From assembly GCA_023213395.1 (NCBI GenBank), contig CM041465.1, positions 37,579,741 to 37,643,740 on the forward strand: a DNA stretch of 64,000 bases, given 5' to 3'. The translations under genes were made by a program, and so were the position numbers. Below are positions 63,151 to 64,000 of this stretch, piece after piece; the first letter of the stretch is position 1; every line of letters begins with the position of its first letter. The DNA comes from Cycas panzhihuaensis. Its lineage: Eukaryota; Plantae; Cycadophyta. Below the pieces are notes generated by a model, which searched no databases, was not told where the DNA came from, and saw nothing but the letters and a program-made list of their open reading frames with translations.

Positions 63151-64000
63151 ATGGCACTCATGCTAAGTTCAATCCCCTGTATACCAATTCCAGTTTTAAA
63201 TGGCTCAAATTATGCTGACTAGAAAAATCAAATATCCCATCAGCTTAAATAATAAAAGATATGGCGATATGTTACAAGTGAATTTGCAAAACCAAAAGAT
63301 GAAAAATTAGAAAGTTATATGGTCTATCTGATGAATTGTGATGGAGCCCTAGGCACTATCCTATCGTCTCTTTCACCTGACATCAGTCGGTAATTCTCTG
63401 ATACAGATGATCTTGCCACCGTTTGGAAAACTCTTAAGGAAAAGTACAACAAGGTCGACTCACAACAATTAGATGTCCTAGAATAACAATTATATAACCT
63501 CAAGTATGATGAATTTTTTAAAGTCGAAGATTTCTTATCTAAAATTTAACTTATCAACAAATAACTAAGAAATTATATTAAATCTATAGTAAAAGTAGGT
63601 GATAAAGAAGAAAAAGTCATACATGCTAAAGATGATGATACACTTATTCATTTAGTAATAAATAAACTTCTAAAGCATTTTAATCTCTTCAATAATGCTA
63701 GAGAGCAAGCTGGTAATCCACTAGTAACATTTAATCAGTTGACAAATCAACTGATAGAACACCAAACAATGTTGATTCAAACTAGAAAATTAAAGGATCC
63801 TTCTCATGCTTTCTTTTCAAAATCAAAACTACAAAATAAAACTTAATATCAAAATATTTATAATAGTAATTCTAAGTTTCAGAAACCTCACATAAGTCCA
63901 CCAACTACTTCTCAAAATAATACTAAGTATTCTAGACCACCTAGATACTAGAATACCTCTAAATAATTCGTTCTAAATCAGAACATTGTAAATCCTTCAC
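63151..64000 (+). pseudogene. gag: Copia K gag with stops
   Basis: Colinear with the reverse complement of about 15830-16676 (IWRYVTSEF, VWKTLKEKYNKVD, HAKDDD). Confidence 0.88.

Larger units (their letters stand above)
43591..64000 (+). mobile_element. Copia H inserted in the 3' LTR of G; interrupted by I (45931-55131) and J (from 57950); 3' end presumably beyond the window
   Basis: LTR about 43591-43879; PBS TGGTATTAGAGC 43882-43893; leader resumes after 55136; gag ATG 55578; integrase ends KAYKVYD-like at about 57949. Confidence 0.75.
60807..64000 (+). mobile_element. Copia K (same family as C), running off the right edge
   Basis: 435-bp LTR 60807-61241 homologous to the reverse complement of the C LTR (GGTGGTTTTTCTTCCC.AAAGGG.TTTTCCA); PBS TAGTATCAGAGCC 61242-61254; gag ATG 63151 (MALMLSSIPCIPIPVLNGSNYAD) closely matches C gag. 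Confidence 0.9.

Noticed and set aside
1-64000. CRISPR array, tRNA or rRNA genes
   Set aside because: None seen; tRNA similarity is limited to 12-17 nt PBS motifs

Overview
AT-rich, CpG/CHG-depleted plant genomic DNA (seed plant; a large-genome gymnosperm is plausible but not provable here) with no intact host gene. It is a nest of retrotransposons: a very young 3.6-kb gag+protease-only Gypsy element with identical LTRs (684-4306), an old chromovirus (7816-21513, -) carrying a full-length Copia (11994-19393, -), a LINE RNase H 3' end, a Tat/Ogre-like pol fragment, and a four-level stack of + strand Copia elements (37498-64000). Main result: three Copia elements each carry host-gene-derived, intron-free coding fragments in the same place, between the tRNA-iMet PBS and gag, always antisense to the element. 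These are NUP50 (18415-18946), UTP11 (46667-46815) and CDC25/ACR2 (61513-61911). Two of these elements are the same family yet hold different genes in that slot, beside a shared antisense AAACCCTACCT motif. This suggests a PBS-anchored, possibly polarised host-mRNA capture cassette. Protein identifications come from recalled family motifs, not database searches. Element labels A-K are mine.
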